From Chrysomallon squamiferum (Eukaryota > Animalia > Mollusca): a stretch of 64,000 nucleotides of DNA. The stretch's first letter is position 1. Every line of letters begins with the position of its first letter. Position numbers and translations under genes: made by a program. The notes under the pieces were generated by a model. It was given only the letters and a program-made list of their open reading frames with translations. It made no database searches and was not told where the DNA came from. The stretch lies in NCBI GenBank assembly GCA_012295275.1, contig CM022667.1, positions 10,726,001 to 10,790,000 of the forward strand, read 5' to 3'. Shown here in pieces: positions 1 through 14,017 of the stretch.

Positions 1-32
<32 letters not shown>

Positions 33-688
33 CTTTCTTTCGTCTTACAGTTGTTGTGGGGATTATTAATTTTTGGCTTGCGTCTTTCTCTTTTATGTTT
101 TCTCTGTTATTTATTTTATTTTATCTTTTTGTTGTTGTTGTATTTTTTGTTTGTTTGCTTTGTGTTATTTATTTATTTGTTTGTTTAATTATTTTAATGT
201 CTTTTATTATGGTTGTGTTATTTGTTTGGTTGTTTTCTTTTTTTTTTTTTAATTTTGTGTAGTTTGTTGTAATCTGTATATTGTTTTAAACATTTCTCAT
301 TTGCTACATATTATCACCATCATCATCATCATTATATTATTTGTTCATCATTTTACACTTCTTTATCTTTATTATCATTTTCATCACCTCTTCATCTTCT
401 TTATCATAATCATTTGCTGCTTTATTTTCTGCATCATCATTATTATTCTCATAATCATATCATCGTCACGTTCATCATGATCATTATAATCATGATTATC
501 ATTAAATCATTAACTTTATCATGACTTACTTCATCATTATAATTATTAAATGCACATAACTATCATCATTAATATTAAACAGTATCATAATCATCATCAG
601 CACTACCACCATAATCACCATCATTATCATCACCACCACCACCACCACAATCATCATCAGCTTTCTCTTTTTCTTCCTTTCTTCCTTC

Positions 689-696
<8 letters not shown>

Positions 697-777
<81 letters not shown>

Positions 778-807
778 TCCCTCTCCCTCTCTTTATCTCT
801 CTCTCTT
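697..807. repeat. (CT)n microsatellite
   Basis: Direct reading. Confidence 0.95.
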
Positions 808-1252
808 CTTTATTTTTTCCAGCCCTCACTCTGGCACTTCATTTCCATTTATTTTCTCACCATTTATTTTTCATTCAGCAAACTTTTCTTTCTTTTTGTT
901 TTCTTTTTTTTTTGACAGGTGACAGTACCTTTATCTTTCTTGTAATCACTGGGATACAATGAATTTCACTCTTCCTGCACAAGTTCTCATCAAGACACGA
1001 GAGATTTCAGTTGGGTGTGGAACCGATTCCACTTATCCCAGGACAATTCCGATTCCTCTGTCTATAGTCTGACATTAAAACCCTTGGTCACTGCAGATAC
1101 TTTCAAAAGACTTTTGTTTTTCTCTTTGTCTGTTGTTATTAATTTTATCAGTCTGTGTATCCATGTGTCGCGTTTAACACAGGCTCACAGCTATTGGAGA
1201 TTAGATAGTCCAGTGAAATGATGAACGTGTGTTTAATACTGACCGTATTACA

Positions 1253-1695
1253 TGGGGGGAAAAGTCTTAAACTAACTTATTTTATTAATTATTGTTTGTT
1301 GTAAATGGCAAGTTATTGTTAAATAATAATTTTTTTTATCATTTAGGAATTCTTAAAATCTTGGTTTTTGTATAAATGATAAGGTTTTGTTAAAAAATAT
1401 TATATTATATGGGGATTTGTGATTATGAACTTATTATTTTATATCTGTTAACTATTATAAAAGAATATTATATGATTATTAAATGTTAACTGTATTATAT
1501 GGGAATTATTAAAGTCACTGTTTTATAAATATTTATTATAAATAATAAGGTATTGATAAATAAGAATTCTTAAACTTATTTATAATTGTTCTTTATTATA
1601 AATGATAATTTACTGTTAAATATTGATTGTATTTTTATGGGAATTCTTAATATCTTTGTTTTGTTATAAATTATAAGATATTTAATAATAATTTT
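1253..1695. repeat. Degenerate AT-rich tandem repeat, about 60-90 bp unit, about 6 copies
   Basis: GGGAATTCTTAAA...TATAAATGATAAGG-like motifs recur near 1345, 1500, 1563 and 1639. Confidence 0.55.
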
Positions 1696-2477
1696 ATAAA
1701 ATGACGTTTCATAATTATCAATTAATTTATTATTTTCTAGTTGTTAATTATTATAAATTACTTCAACAAAACTTAACACATACAAAGATACATGCACACA
1801 TGTACAAAACCTATTCATAGACTGTTACAGATATACACACACACACTCACACATACACACATACATCATTCACATCACTATTATAACATAAACATGAACG
1901 AAGTCTAAAGAATTAATTCTGAAATGAGTAAAGCGTGCCAACAAACAAAACATTTCCTTCCTTCTTCCTTTCTTCCTTCGTTCCTTCATTCTTTCCTCTT
2001 TCCTTCAGCGAATGAAAGCCATGTGGCTGACACTTAATAAAAGTAAATAATAAAAAGTGACACAGTGATATCAAACAAACGCACAAGAATTATTTCATAT
2101 AATAATAATGACAGAGTCTGTTGTCCATAAACGTTTTCTATCTAATCTTCACGATAGTTCTTTTATAGGCTGCGCTAAAAATATTTATGTTTTACATCGA
2201 CTATTAAAACCATTCCTTGAAGGAAAACAGAACCCATCTAGGTGGGGCTTGAGATCTTTCTGTATATTATGTGTTTCTTCTGTGTGTGGCCAAATAATTA
2301 AAAAAATTATTATAAGTTCTTTTTCTAACAACCTCATATCTTTGTGGCAGTTATTTTTTCTCGAAGGTGGTCAAAAATTTGAGATAAAATGAATGTTTTT
2401 ATTTTTTTTCTGCCATGCCTCATGGTTTTTAAAATATTTTTGTGTATGTGTGTGAAATTGTATCCTGTATCTTTTAT

Positions 2478-2870
2478 ATTCATAAGAAATAAGAATAATT
2501 AAAAAAAAAAAAAAAAATAAAAATAAAAAATACTACCACTACTATTACTCCTATTACTACTATTAATACTTCTACTACTACTATTACTACTACTACTGCT
2601 TCTAACAATAACAATAATAATAATGGTGATGATGATGATGATGATGATGATGATAAATAAAAGTTTCATCACAATGTAAATAATTCATAAGAAATAAGAA
2701 TAATTATATTTAAAAAATAGAAAAAAATAACTTACTACTTTTTACTACTACTACTACTACTAACAATAATAATAATAGTAATAGTAATAGTAATAATAAT
2801 AATAATAATAATAATGGTAATGATGACGATAATAATAAACAAAAAGTTTCATCAAAAAGTTAAATAATTT
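2478..2870. repeat. Tandem duplication of a ~205-bp compound microsatellite block
   Basis: ATTCATAAGAAATAAGAATAATT...(TAC)n...(AAT)n...GATGA...AAAAGTTTCATCA..TAAATAATT occurs twice (about 2478-2682 and 2683-2870). Confidence 0.75.
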
Positions 2871-3831
2871 TCAAAGCATGGAAATATGTATGCACATATT
2901 CACACATACACACAAGAGACAAACATACACACACACACATATATGATACCTATCCATACACAGTTACAGATACACACACATTCAGACATATATTATTTAC
3001 ATACACATGGAAAAACCCTTTTTCTTACACTATTACAGTCACAAACACATTTTAATACACACAAATACATTTTTATGTACAAACAAACACACACTGATAA
3101 AAATAGATATTTTTCTTTTCTTACTCTCCATCTCTTTATCCTCAGTGTCAACCCTCAAACATAAAAGAAATCTTAATTTAATGTACACCACACTACACCT
3201 TTAATATACAGTCTGAGCAGAGTTTTCGTGTGTAATTTATGTGACCTTTTTTCACCTGTGTGAACAAATCGCTTATTGTTACCTGTTCTCAGGTGAGGTA
3301 TCTGTGTGTTGTTGTGATGTTATTTACATTTATTTTGTGTCAGATCTATAGACTTTAGCAAAATGTACATCAGTGATAGAATTTCCAAGTGAGGTACAAG
3401 AACGCAAGTGGATTGATTCTGTGTAACTATTATATTTGACTTATTTACCATTCTAACCAGATTTGTGTTACAAAAAAAGTGCAGAGCATATGTCACAGGA
3501 ATACTGAATAGCAGGTTTAATCCTTCTTTTTTTGAGTTAATCTTATTTTTTCCCCAATCTAACCCGAGCTCCAAGACTTGTGTAACAAAAAGCATGGTAT
3601 TTGTGGTATTGTAGCAGAAAGGTAGTAAGAAAAATTATGGTTTATACTGTTTTGCAGAAGAAAACTTGATGTTACTATAAAATATGTCTTTATGATAACT
3701 GTGTATTTCCCATTCCAAACACTTCATTGTCTGTTTATTTAAGAGTACTATATTTATTTTCCTTTCTCTGGGTAGGTGCTTAGAAGAGATATCTTAATAG
3801 CTGTAAGATGTACTTCATCTCTTAGTTATGT

Positions 3832-3902
<71 letters not shown>

Positions 3903-4042
3903 GTCTAAAAATTCACTCATTAATTTTGTATGTCTTTTCTCAGCCCTTTCAGCTACTGGAATTAATCTTTAATTGAAAACAAATAAATGAAAGAAAAGGA
4001 AAAGAAAATAATTACGTTTGATAAAATTTATAAAGTAGTCTA

Positions 4043-4086
4043 AATGAGAGTTGTGTTAAAAAACAATGAGAGTTGTGTTAAAAAAC
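4043..4086. repeat. Perfect 22-bp tandem duplication
   Basis: AATGAGAGTTGTGTTAAAAAAC at 4043-4064 and 4065-4086. Confidence 0.95.
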
Positions 4087-4967
4087 AACAGCATTTGGGG
4101 AAGTTTTTTTCTTTTTGTTTGTGTGTGGGTGATAAAGAAAGCGAACACAAGCATGGTATTATTTCATAAACAGCTGAAAAGCTTCATGTGTCCCCCAATC
4201 CTGAGTCTTTTTTTTTTTTTTTCTCTCTCTTTTTTTTTTTAAATTTGAACTCATGGCTACAGCTGACAGAGGTAGAAGCAACAACTAACAACAAAAAAAA
4301 AAAAAAAAAAGAAATTTAAATAAATAACAATAACCAGGGAAACAAATAATTGAGATAAAAAAAAAAAAAAAAAAAAAAACATAAAGAAAATGTTAAGGAA
4401 AAAGAAAAAAAGATGAAACAATTAAGAGAAAACAAAACAAAACAAAGCAGAAAAAAAAAAAAAAAAAAAAAATTAATAATAATAAAAAGAACTGTCACAC
4501 TCACAAAGAAAAAACACCTAATTCATGTTCGCAAAATGAGCTGAGTTTAGAAAAACAAACTGACGAAAACGTTCGTTGTCGACAACGACTGCCAAAAACT
4601 AAAAGAAAAACATTCTGCATATGACTACCGCAGAACTGTTATGGTAATGTCGACTACAACAGCAGCGTTTGTAAATACAGTGACCTCGGGGGCATACTGA
4701 ACGTAAAGAACAAGCTTGCAGTTTAATACGATATAACTTTGGGGTCTTGTGTTTCATCGGCGAGTTAGAAAAGAAAATTATATCGTTTTACTTGAATGGA
4801 AAATTAATGGCAGATCGCCTTGAGCCAAACAACAGTGAGTTAACAAAGTCACTTTTCTTCCAGCGAAGACATCAGAAAAACTTGTCCACGCTGATCGTGA
4901 CAGAAATATTTCTTTTCTGGGAGAGCTGAGACACGGCCATGTGATTTAACAGTGATTAAATTTCATT

Positions 4968-5016
4968 GTGTGTGTGAGAGAGACAGAGGCAGAGAGACAA
5001 AGAGGGAAACAGAGAT

Positions 5017-5070
<54 letters not shown>

Positions 5071-5102
5071 GCAGAGAGACAAAGAGGAAAACAGAGATGG
5101 CT

Positions 5103-5138
<36 letters not shown>

Positions 5139-5230
5139 TTGTGTGTGTCTGTGTGTGTATGTATGAGACAGAGGCAGAGAGCCAAAGAGGAAAACAGAGA
5201 GATGGCTAACTGTGTGTGTGTGTGTGTGTG
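4968..5230. repeat. Compound minisatellite: 3 x [(TG)n + GAGGCAGAGAGACAAAGAGGRAAACAGAGATGG-like]
   Basis: The purine-rich spacer recurs three times between TG runs. Confidence 0.85.
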
Positions 5231-5503
5231 TGGGGTATGGGGTGTGTGTCTAATGTTTAGATGCACAGAAGACATTCCATAATAGTAATTCATTAATTAT
5301 AACATGATTTCATCTTTTAGTTATGTTAGACCTCTCTCTCTCTCTCTGTCTCTCTTTCTGTCTCTCTCTTTCTCTCTCTCTGTGTCTCTCTCTGTATGTC
5401 TGTCTCTCTCTCTCTCTCTCCCTCTCTTTCTCTCTCTCTGTCTCTGTCTGTCTCTCTCTGTCTCTCTCTCTCACTGTCTGTCTCTGACTAATTTTCTCTC
5501 TTT

Positions 5504-5585
<82 letters not shown>

Positions 5586-5887
5586 GACAGAGAGAGAGAG
5601 AGAGATTAGGAAAAACAATAAAAGGTAACATATCTAACATCTGACAGAAAAAAAACTTTACTCAATGAGAAAATGAAAGCTGAGTAAACAAACAACAAAA
5701 AACAAAACAAGTAAAAAAAACACAAATACAAAACAAGTCTACCTCATCCATTCACATAATTGGACAGTTAGACAAACTTGAAAACAATTCATCTCTCTCT
5801 TTACTTTCATGTAAAACTAAAAACAACAATTATTATTATCTGTTTTTGTTGTTTTCATTGTTATTATTCTTATAATTTCTGTTATTA

Positions 5888-5950
<63 letters not shown>

Positions 5951-6560
5951 TTATTAATATAATTTCTGTTTCTATTATTATTATTATTTTTTTATTATTA
6001 TTATTATTACTATTAATATTTATTAGTATTATTATTATTACTTTTATTATTATTACAGTCATCATTATCATTACTGTTATCATCTGTATTATTACAGTCA
6101 TCATTATCATTATTGTTATCATCAATATTATTATATCATTATTATATCATCCATCATCCTCCTTCTCCTCATCATCATGATTTCATTTTTTTTAATCCAC
6201 TCTCTCTCTGTGTGTATTATTTTCCCTGCCCCCACATTCCTAGTCTCTCTGCCTCCTACAGCACTGCCACCCAGGAGAGCCCACCAAAGGCTTGTTATGA
6301 CTTCAGTCTCTCACCATTAATATGTTTATGTTGAAAATATTAAATCCTGCTCCTGCCCAGTCATTTTATAATTACACGAGGCACCTGGCCATACTATCCA
6401 GTGGCAGTATCTGGCAGATATTTGATTCCGGTATTTCCTTCATTTTTTTTTTTTTTTTTAATTTTACTTTCTTAGGCCAAGCCAATGTTTTGTTTGTTTG
6501 TTTCTCGGATGAGTGGGTGTGTGTGGTCCTTGAGAGTCAGGTGGAGTGAGTGAGTTATTT

Positions 6561-6658
<98 letters not shown>

Positions 6659-7357
6659 AGGGATAACTGATGTTTCAAGGGATAATTGACATTGATGAAA
6701 ATTATGATTAATGATAATACCTTTATCATAATCATCACCAACAATCATTACAACATCATCATCACCATCATCACCACCACCACTATCACAGAAATCACCA
6801 TCATCATCAACAACCTCTTATGATAATCATTCACCATCAGTTATCATCATCACATCATCCCCCCCATCCAGACACACACACACCAAACACACAAAAACTC
6901 ATCGTACCTGACTCACCTATAATCTAAACTCACTTTTAATATAACCGTTATTTATTCTTTCTTTCTTTTCTCTTTTTTAATTTTTATCCTTTCACTTTTT
7001 TCTAAACAATCTTTTTTTTCTGCTATTATTTTTTTTTATCTTTTTTTCTAAACAGTCTTTGGCCTGGCCTCCCTGGCTGTTTTTGAAACTGTTTCCTGTA
7101 TATATTATTTTTCTCAAAAATCTTTTCATGTTAAGTAATTGCCTACTTCTTCCTGCAGACCTGTTAGCAAAAATACACAGAATATTTTGATTCGGGGCCA
7201 GAACCTGACAGGATGTGGATTTATTGTTGTCATCACATTTATGTGAATGATGAAGTCCATGGCTTCTTCTTCTTCTTCTTCTTCTTCTTGTGTTGGGGGA
7301 ATTGTTAGAGGAGATGGAATGAGGTGCTATAGGTCGTAGGATCAAATCTGCACCGAG

Positions 7358-7402
<45 letters not shown>

Positions 7403-7449
7403 TATATTATTATTTATTTTTTTTTTTTTTTTATTTTAATATATATTAT

Positions 7450-7481
<32 letters not shown>

Positions 7482-7930
7482 CTTTTATTTATATTTATTT
7501 ATTTATTTTTATTTTTATTTTTATGAATAGGTTCTTTCAAAATGAATGTGTGTATGGTTTTATGCATGAAAATGGAGAATATATAAAATAAAAGAATAAA
7601 TTAAGAAAAGAATAATTAAAGAACAATAACAATATATGTTTGTGTTTTCCAATGCACATATCTGTTTTTAAAATGAATGTCTGTATGTTTCATTATGTGT
7701 GGTTACGTGTTTCAAAGATGAATATATTTTAATACATATATTTGTTTGTTTCAAAATGTATATTTATATCTTTTATAATATATATGTGTGTTTCAAATGT
7801 ATACCTATAATTAAAAATATATACCTGTGTTTTTCATAATGTACGTCTCTGTAAAAGTACAAAAGTATCAAATATAAATCTGATTATAGAATATGTGTTA
7901 TATTTATTAATAATAAAGGTTGAGCTTGTG

Positions 7931-7968
<38 letters not shown>

Positions 7969-8578
7969 CATGTATGTATGTCTGTATTTAATACCTATTA
8001 TGTAGTCCTCAAATATATGTATGATGTTGTATATGTTGAAATTTAAAAATATGTAACGAGTACATTTTAAAATAAATACGTTATATTCTTTAATATAATA
8101 TGAATTAAAAGTTACTACATGTGTACATATTTGTATGAAACAAATAAAAAAATGTTTAATAATAAGAATTTTATTACATGTTTGTGAGTTCGTTCATGTG
8201 GACCACACCTGAAATAATATTTTCTGTTGTGTTTTTGTTTTCTGAGAGGAAATAGAATATTAAAAAGCAGTTAATTTTATTAGAGAGCTTAACAAAATTT
8301 TATAACTTTGCGTCTTTAAAGTTTATTATTGTTTTATTATTGTATTTTTTTATTTATTTTATTTTTGTTTACTTCACTTATAGGTATAGGTTTAGTGTCT
8401 GTTTAATTTTTGAAAAGTTGACAAGTAACAGATTATACACAATGTCTGTCTTTGTTTTTTTGTCCCTTACTTTCTCTCTCTTTTTTTTTTTCCATCACTT
8501 AACTCTGTTTTTCTTTCTATCTACTTATTTCTCTCTCTGTCTCTCTCTCTTTCTACCCTTTCTCTATTTCTACCTCTT

Positions 8579-8618
<40 letters not shown>

Positions 8619-8796
8619 TGTGTCTCTACCAAACCTCTTTCCCTCTCTCTTTCTTTCAGTTTATCCTAAATCCCTTTCATTTTTTTACCATCTACCTCTC
8701 TCTTTTTTCAGTTCCCTGCTCTTTCTTTCTTTCTTTCTCTCTCTATCTCCCTACATCATTCATTGTTACCTATCTATCTATCTGTCTATCTATCTG

Positions 8797-8827
<31 letters not shown>

Positions 8828-9323
8828 CTCTCACACTATCTGTACATGTAAATATATAGATAGACAGATAGATAGATAGATAGATAGATAGATACACACA
8901 TGTGTCTTATTTGTCTCTATCTTTCACTTGCATGTCCCTTCTTTCCCACAAACACACACACACAGAATATTTCTCAACCTACAACAAACAGTCTGGTTGT
9001 ATCCAAATATGAGGGAAATAAAAATGTGAGAACAAATTGTTCCAAATGGTTTTCATCTAGCTGATAAGAGTTCAGATGTAAAAAAAATAAATCTTACAGA
9101 CACCTCTGATTAAGTGAGTAATGTGGTAAGCAAGCACTCGCAGGTTTTACTTTCACCTATCAGTTACTAATAAACCAGCACGGCAGCCATGTTAGATTTA
9201 CATGTGTCGCTGTTCTTTAAATATATGTCAGTATTAATGTGTGTCAGTGTGTGTGGGTGTGAATGTGTCAGTGTGTGTGTATATGTGTTTGTGTGTATAT
9301 ATGCATTTTTGTGTGGTTGTGTA

Positions 9324-9373
<50 letters not shown>

Positions 9374-10309
9374 ATTGTGTACATATGTACATGGATATCT
9401 GTCTGAATCCAAAAATTCAATTATTATTGCATTAAAAGACAATAATTAAATTTGTCCATCTGTCTGTATTTCTGTTCAGATGCAGTTCAATGTTAACTTT
9501 GATTAATAACAGCATCAAAATGTACTTCTGTCTGTATGCCTGTATTTTCATCTATATTACCATATTACCAAATTTTAAAAAAATCATTATGTTAAAATGT
9601 ACATTTGTCTGTATGTGTGTCTATTCCATACAAAAGTTTTTATTAATTACAGTGTTCACAGTATTTTTTTATTTTTTTGTACACTCACAATATTTAAATT
9701 ATCTTGTTTCCAAATGTCAGTCTGTGTCTGTCTGTATGTGTGTGTGTGTCCATCTATTAAATAATTTCGTTTTGAAATGTATATCACTTTATCCATCTGT
9801 CGACTTGGTTGTGTGTTGATGCAGTAATTGAAAAGAAGGAAAAAAAAATCCATCAATTTTTGCATTATTTCTTATACGATCTCACTTCCCTATGTTGAAA
9901 AATTAGTTTTTTCTCACCACTTGACAAGCCATACCACTCATCACGTTGAAAATACTCATTTTAGATATCCAATTTTCCCTTAGAAAAATAAATGATGTTG
10001 GGATTCTGTTAATGAAGCAAATTGAAAACTGGAAATAGATGTGTTGCTTGTGCATAAAGTTTGGAGGAATTTAAAAAAAAAAAAAAAAACATTTTTGTTT
10101 CTCATTTGTTTTCATCTTTCTGTCTTTTTATTTTTTCTCTTTGTTTCTTTCTTTGTTTTTTTTTCTCTCTGATTCTTTCTGTCTTTCTCTGTCTCTGTTT
10201 CTGTTTCTATCTTTCCCTTTTTTCTTTCTTTCTTTTTCTCTCTCTCTCTGTCTCTTTCTTTTTCCAAAAACACATGTTGAATGTTCAAAAATGGTAAAAC
10301 AAACTGTCC

Positions 10310-10356
<47 letters not shown>

Positions 10357-11088
10357 GTCATAATATTTTCATCTTTCTCTCTCTCTCTCTTTTTTCATAA
10401 TATTTTCATCTTTTATAAAACTCGATCTTTTTATAACTTTTCGATCTTTACTTTTATTTAATTTTTTTTATTTTTTTTTATTTTTTGAACTAGTTTAGAA
10501 GAGAAAATATTTATGTAAGTAATTGGATATACTGATGGGAAACCATGAGGGAGGGGCCAGTACCAAGGCAGCAGATATTAATGAGAAAGGATGAAAGAAA
10601 ATTTCAGAAATAATTCGAAACATTGTTTATTCAGCAAATGAGACGATTTGTTATTTTTCTCCTGTTTTCTTTCTTGAGAAAAATAAACCAGTTTGTTATA
10701 ATTCAAAAAAAAAAAAAAATTCAAAAAAAAAAATCCTTTTCTTTGTGAATTTATTTATTTTTAGAGAAACAGAAATATAGACAAATAGACAGACATTTAG
10801 ACAGATAGATAAATAAACAGATAGATAGATAGCTACATAGATGGATAGATAGTCATATAGATAGATAGATATACTCACAGATCAACAGACAGGTAGATAG
10901 ATAGACATAGAAAGATGGGTAGATAGATAAATAGATAAACACATGCAAAGAGAGAAAAGAAACAGAAAAATGTAGAAAATAAGAGAGAAATACAGAGAAT
11001 TAAAGAAGCAGACATATAGAGAAAGAGATAATTAGGGAGAATTTTTATTTATTTATTAATTAATTTATTTATTTTATTTATTTTTCAG

Positions 11089-11138
11089 GTGAGCAATACA
11101 AGATCAAAGTGGACAGTTTGAAGACTCTCTTCATTTAG
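11089..11138 (+). CDS. Candidate terminal coding exon of an unidentified gene (C-terminal peptide (G)EQYKIKVDSLKTLFI*)
   Basis: Strong acceptor (long T-rich tract, TTTTTCAG ending at 11088) precedes an open phase-1 frame to TAG at 11136-11138. AATAAA and a GT-rich element follow, and the CpG-depleted domain ends a few hundred bp later. The peptide is not recognised and no matching upstream exons were found. Confidence 0.35.
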
Positions 11139-11212
11139 ACTTTTTTCTCTTCTGTGATAAAATTGTGAATATTTGTGATACAAATCATTTCTGGAGCTAA
11201 ACCAGAACAGGA

Positions 11213-11267
11213 AATAAAGTGGGATTGTCATAAACAAATTTAATCAAAGTTTGTTGTGTCTGTTTCC
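11213..11267 (+). terminator. Candidate cleavage/polyadenylation signal
   Basis: AATAAA at 11213-11218, about 75 nt after the candidate stop codon, with a GT/T-rich downstream element (GTTTGTTGTGTCTGTTT) about 30 nt further on. Confidence 0.35.
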
Positions 11268-12739
11268 AGTTGAATAGATTTTCTTAGTTTTCTTTTTCTT
11301 TTTCTTCTTCTTCTTCTTCTTCTTCTTCTTCTTCTTTTTCTTGTTATTATATTATTACTAGTACTACTACTTTTATTAGTGTTGTTTTTATTGTTATTAT
11401 TATTATTATTATACTTCTATGTCTACATTGTTGTTGTTATTATTATTATTACCATTATTGTTGTTGTTGTTGTGTTGTTGTAGTTGTTATTAGTATTAAT
11501 ATTATTAATTCCCCTGTCCAACAGCGTCAGTTTTGTAGTGAAAAAAAAAAAACCTATTACATTTCAGTTTTATTATTACACAGTGGAGCATCTTCAGTTG
11601 GACTGTTTTAAAATATGGATGATTTACAGTTTGTCCTGAGACTTGTAAATTATAGACAAGCCATTTTCAAATAACACAAAATAGCTGTAGTAGTGTTAAG
11701 GTGCAGTTCCAGTGAATATCTGGGGGGGGGGGTAGTTTAGAAGAGCCCCTATTTGTACATTATGAAGCGTATTTACACAAACATATGCACAGACGGTTTG
11801 AAACAAAAACAATTAGTATCCACAAATTATTACTGATTATAAATAGAATGACAATACACCACAACCACCACCATAACAACAACAACAACAACAATATTAA
11901 TGGGTTGTAATGAGATGGGATCCAAGTAGTTCTCAAAAAAAAAGACTGTTATTTTATATATTTGTCTATCTGTCTGTTTGTATCTCTGTCTTCTGTGTCT
12001 GTCTGTAGCCACTGATGTGCATGTCTCAGTCTTTCTATTTACACGCACGCGCACGCATACACACACACACACATATATATATATACGTGTGTGTATGTGT
12101 ATATATATATATTAATAGACTTGGGTTCATGACATCACTAGAATCAACAGGCTTGGTGTATGGATAGACTAGTAAACTCCTGGTATTTGTGATTTGACCC
12201 CTTCGTCCCCCCCCTCCTCTCTAAATCCTCCTAGATCCGTACCTTGCTTTTCATATACGATCAAAGAGAAGTTTTATAGAACGTCCTATCATCTCATTCT
12301 TTTTGAAAAGGAAAAATGAAATAGAAATTTGGCGACCCCTGACCTTGGCAACTTGTTCTTTTGTGTGTTTTAATAAGGAGTGCTTATGAATATTAATGTC
12401 GAAAGTAAATTTATTTCTGTGCACTGGGACAGTCTCCGTCTTGCAGCAGACGATACTTTTCAGGCCGTTTAAAATTAGTTATTTGTTTGTCGTAATGTTA
12501 CGAAAGTGCCGTTTATTTGTCTATTTATTTTTTAAATTTTTATTTCAATTTTTTTTTCTTTGTTTTTTTTTAATATTTGGAAATGACAAAATAGTGATTG
12601 AAAGGAGAATGGGAGGACCGAGGGAAAGAGAGAAAAACAGACAGAACGATAGATTTACAGATAGAGAGATATCCAGGAGGAAATGGAGATATAATATTAA
12701 TTGATAAGTCAAAACATTTTAGAGTTTGATGATAAGCAA

Positions 12740-12850
12740 GAAGGAGCCCATTGTCATCACTAAACAGGCTGATCTTATCTACTGAAAGCAGGACACCACA
12801 TACCAAGATATGATATAAAACATACATGAACGGGAATAGACTAAAAGAGC
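12740..12850 (-). mobile_element. Degenerate SINE central-domain fragment
   Basis: CAGGCTGATCTTATCTACT aligns with the reverse complement of the + strand copy at 20760-20783 (CAGGACTGATCTTGTCGATT). The flanks AGGAGCCCATTGTCATCAC and ACATACCA resemble a gastropod tRNA-SINE consensus recalled from memory. Confidence 0.45.
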
Positions 12851-12916
12851 GCACATAGGACAAAAAAAGCTTGCAACCGAAAATATTTAAATAATACAAT
12901 TAAGTCACTGAATCCC

Positions 12917-13044
<128 letters not shown>

Positions 13045-13939
13045 TCGGAACAGACCGAGTACTCACACACAAACACATATACACATTCACACTTTAATAT
13101 AACACGAAGAAGAAAAAGAAGAAATAAAAGAAAGATAATACACCTCCAGTCTTTGTACATATATAAAAAATAAATACGTTTTTTAATACAGAAATACAGC
13201 TTTGAAATAACTTCACAACTGACTGAAAAATAATCTCACAAAAGATGAAAGATCGCGCACAACTAGCATCAGACAAGTTTATTGTCCGAAAATAACTTTA
13301 TGAACACATAAATCTAGGACTGTATGCGGCTGACACCAATAATTATAGCATTATATCTTTCTGCACTAAACTACTACAAACCATATGCCACTTCTGGACT
13401 TTTGCAGAACGCCTAAAACATAAATGATTATATATACACATAACGCCAGAATCCTGTTTCGTGTATTCCGCTCATTCCAGATTTTACATAAATTATGATG
13501 TCAAGATTGTAGGAATTGAAAGTTAAAAACGTTTATTCAGGAATTGCAGATTGGTTAAAAAACATATATATATATATATATATTTAAAAAAAAAAAAAAA
13601 AAGCGGATTTCTAAATACAGATTGTCTTAATGAAAACAAGAAAAACACCTTTGATGATATTTTTATATAAATAAAGATGGTTTATTGCGCTAGCTGTAAT
13701 TTTCCATTAATATTATAAATCTGGTGGGTTGTTCTTCTTTTTTTCTTTTTCTTTTTTCTTTTCTTTATTTTTGCAGAGAAATATTTAAAATAAGTTAATC
13801 GAAATGGTAGTCGTTATGTCTGGCAATGTGAAAACAGGATGAAAACGTGACGTAAAATGTAAAGTTGTTTAAAAAGAAACGATGATGGAATTAAAACTGA
13901 ACGATAATTGGTTTTCTTCTTTTTAAATTTGTTTTGTCT

Positions 13940-14017
<78 letters not shown>

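Larger units (their letters stand above)
1..11700. other. CpG-depleted domain (probable methylated gene body, mostly intronic)
   Basis: Complex stretches such as 6240-6430, 7050-7260, 10540-10700 and 11090-11300 contain very few CG dinucleotides but abundant TG/CA. Complex stretches after about 12 kb are CG-rich. Confidence 0.55.

Noticed and set aside
919-1072. Possible coding exon after the acceptor at 918 or 925 (YLYLSCNHWDTMNFTLPAQVLIK...)
   Set aside because: All three frames from 919 stop early. The longer frame from 926 has no recognisable homology or good donor, and the minus-strand frames also stop.
3344-3388. 45-nt AG...GT bounded segment (SIDFSKMYISDRIS)
   Set aside because: Unrecognised peptide whose phase does not join the 11089 exon frame; insufficient support.
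4572-4590. TTCGTTGTCGAC matches the first 12 nt of miR-981 as I recall it
   Set aside because: The 3' half diverges and the upstream sequence cannot form the precursor arm; the match comes from a local palindrome.
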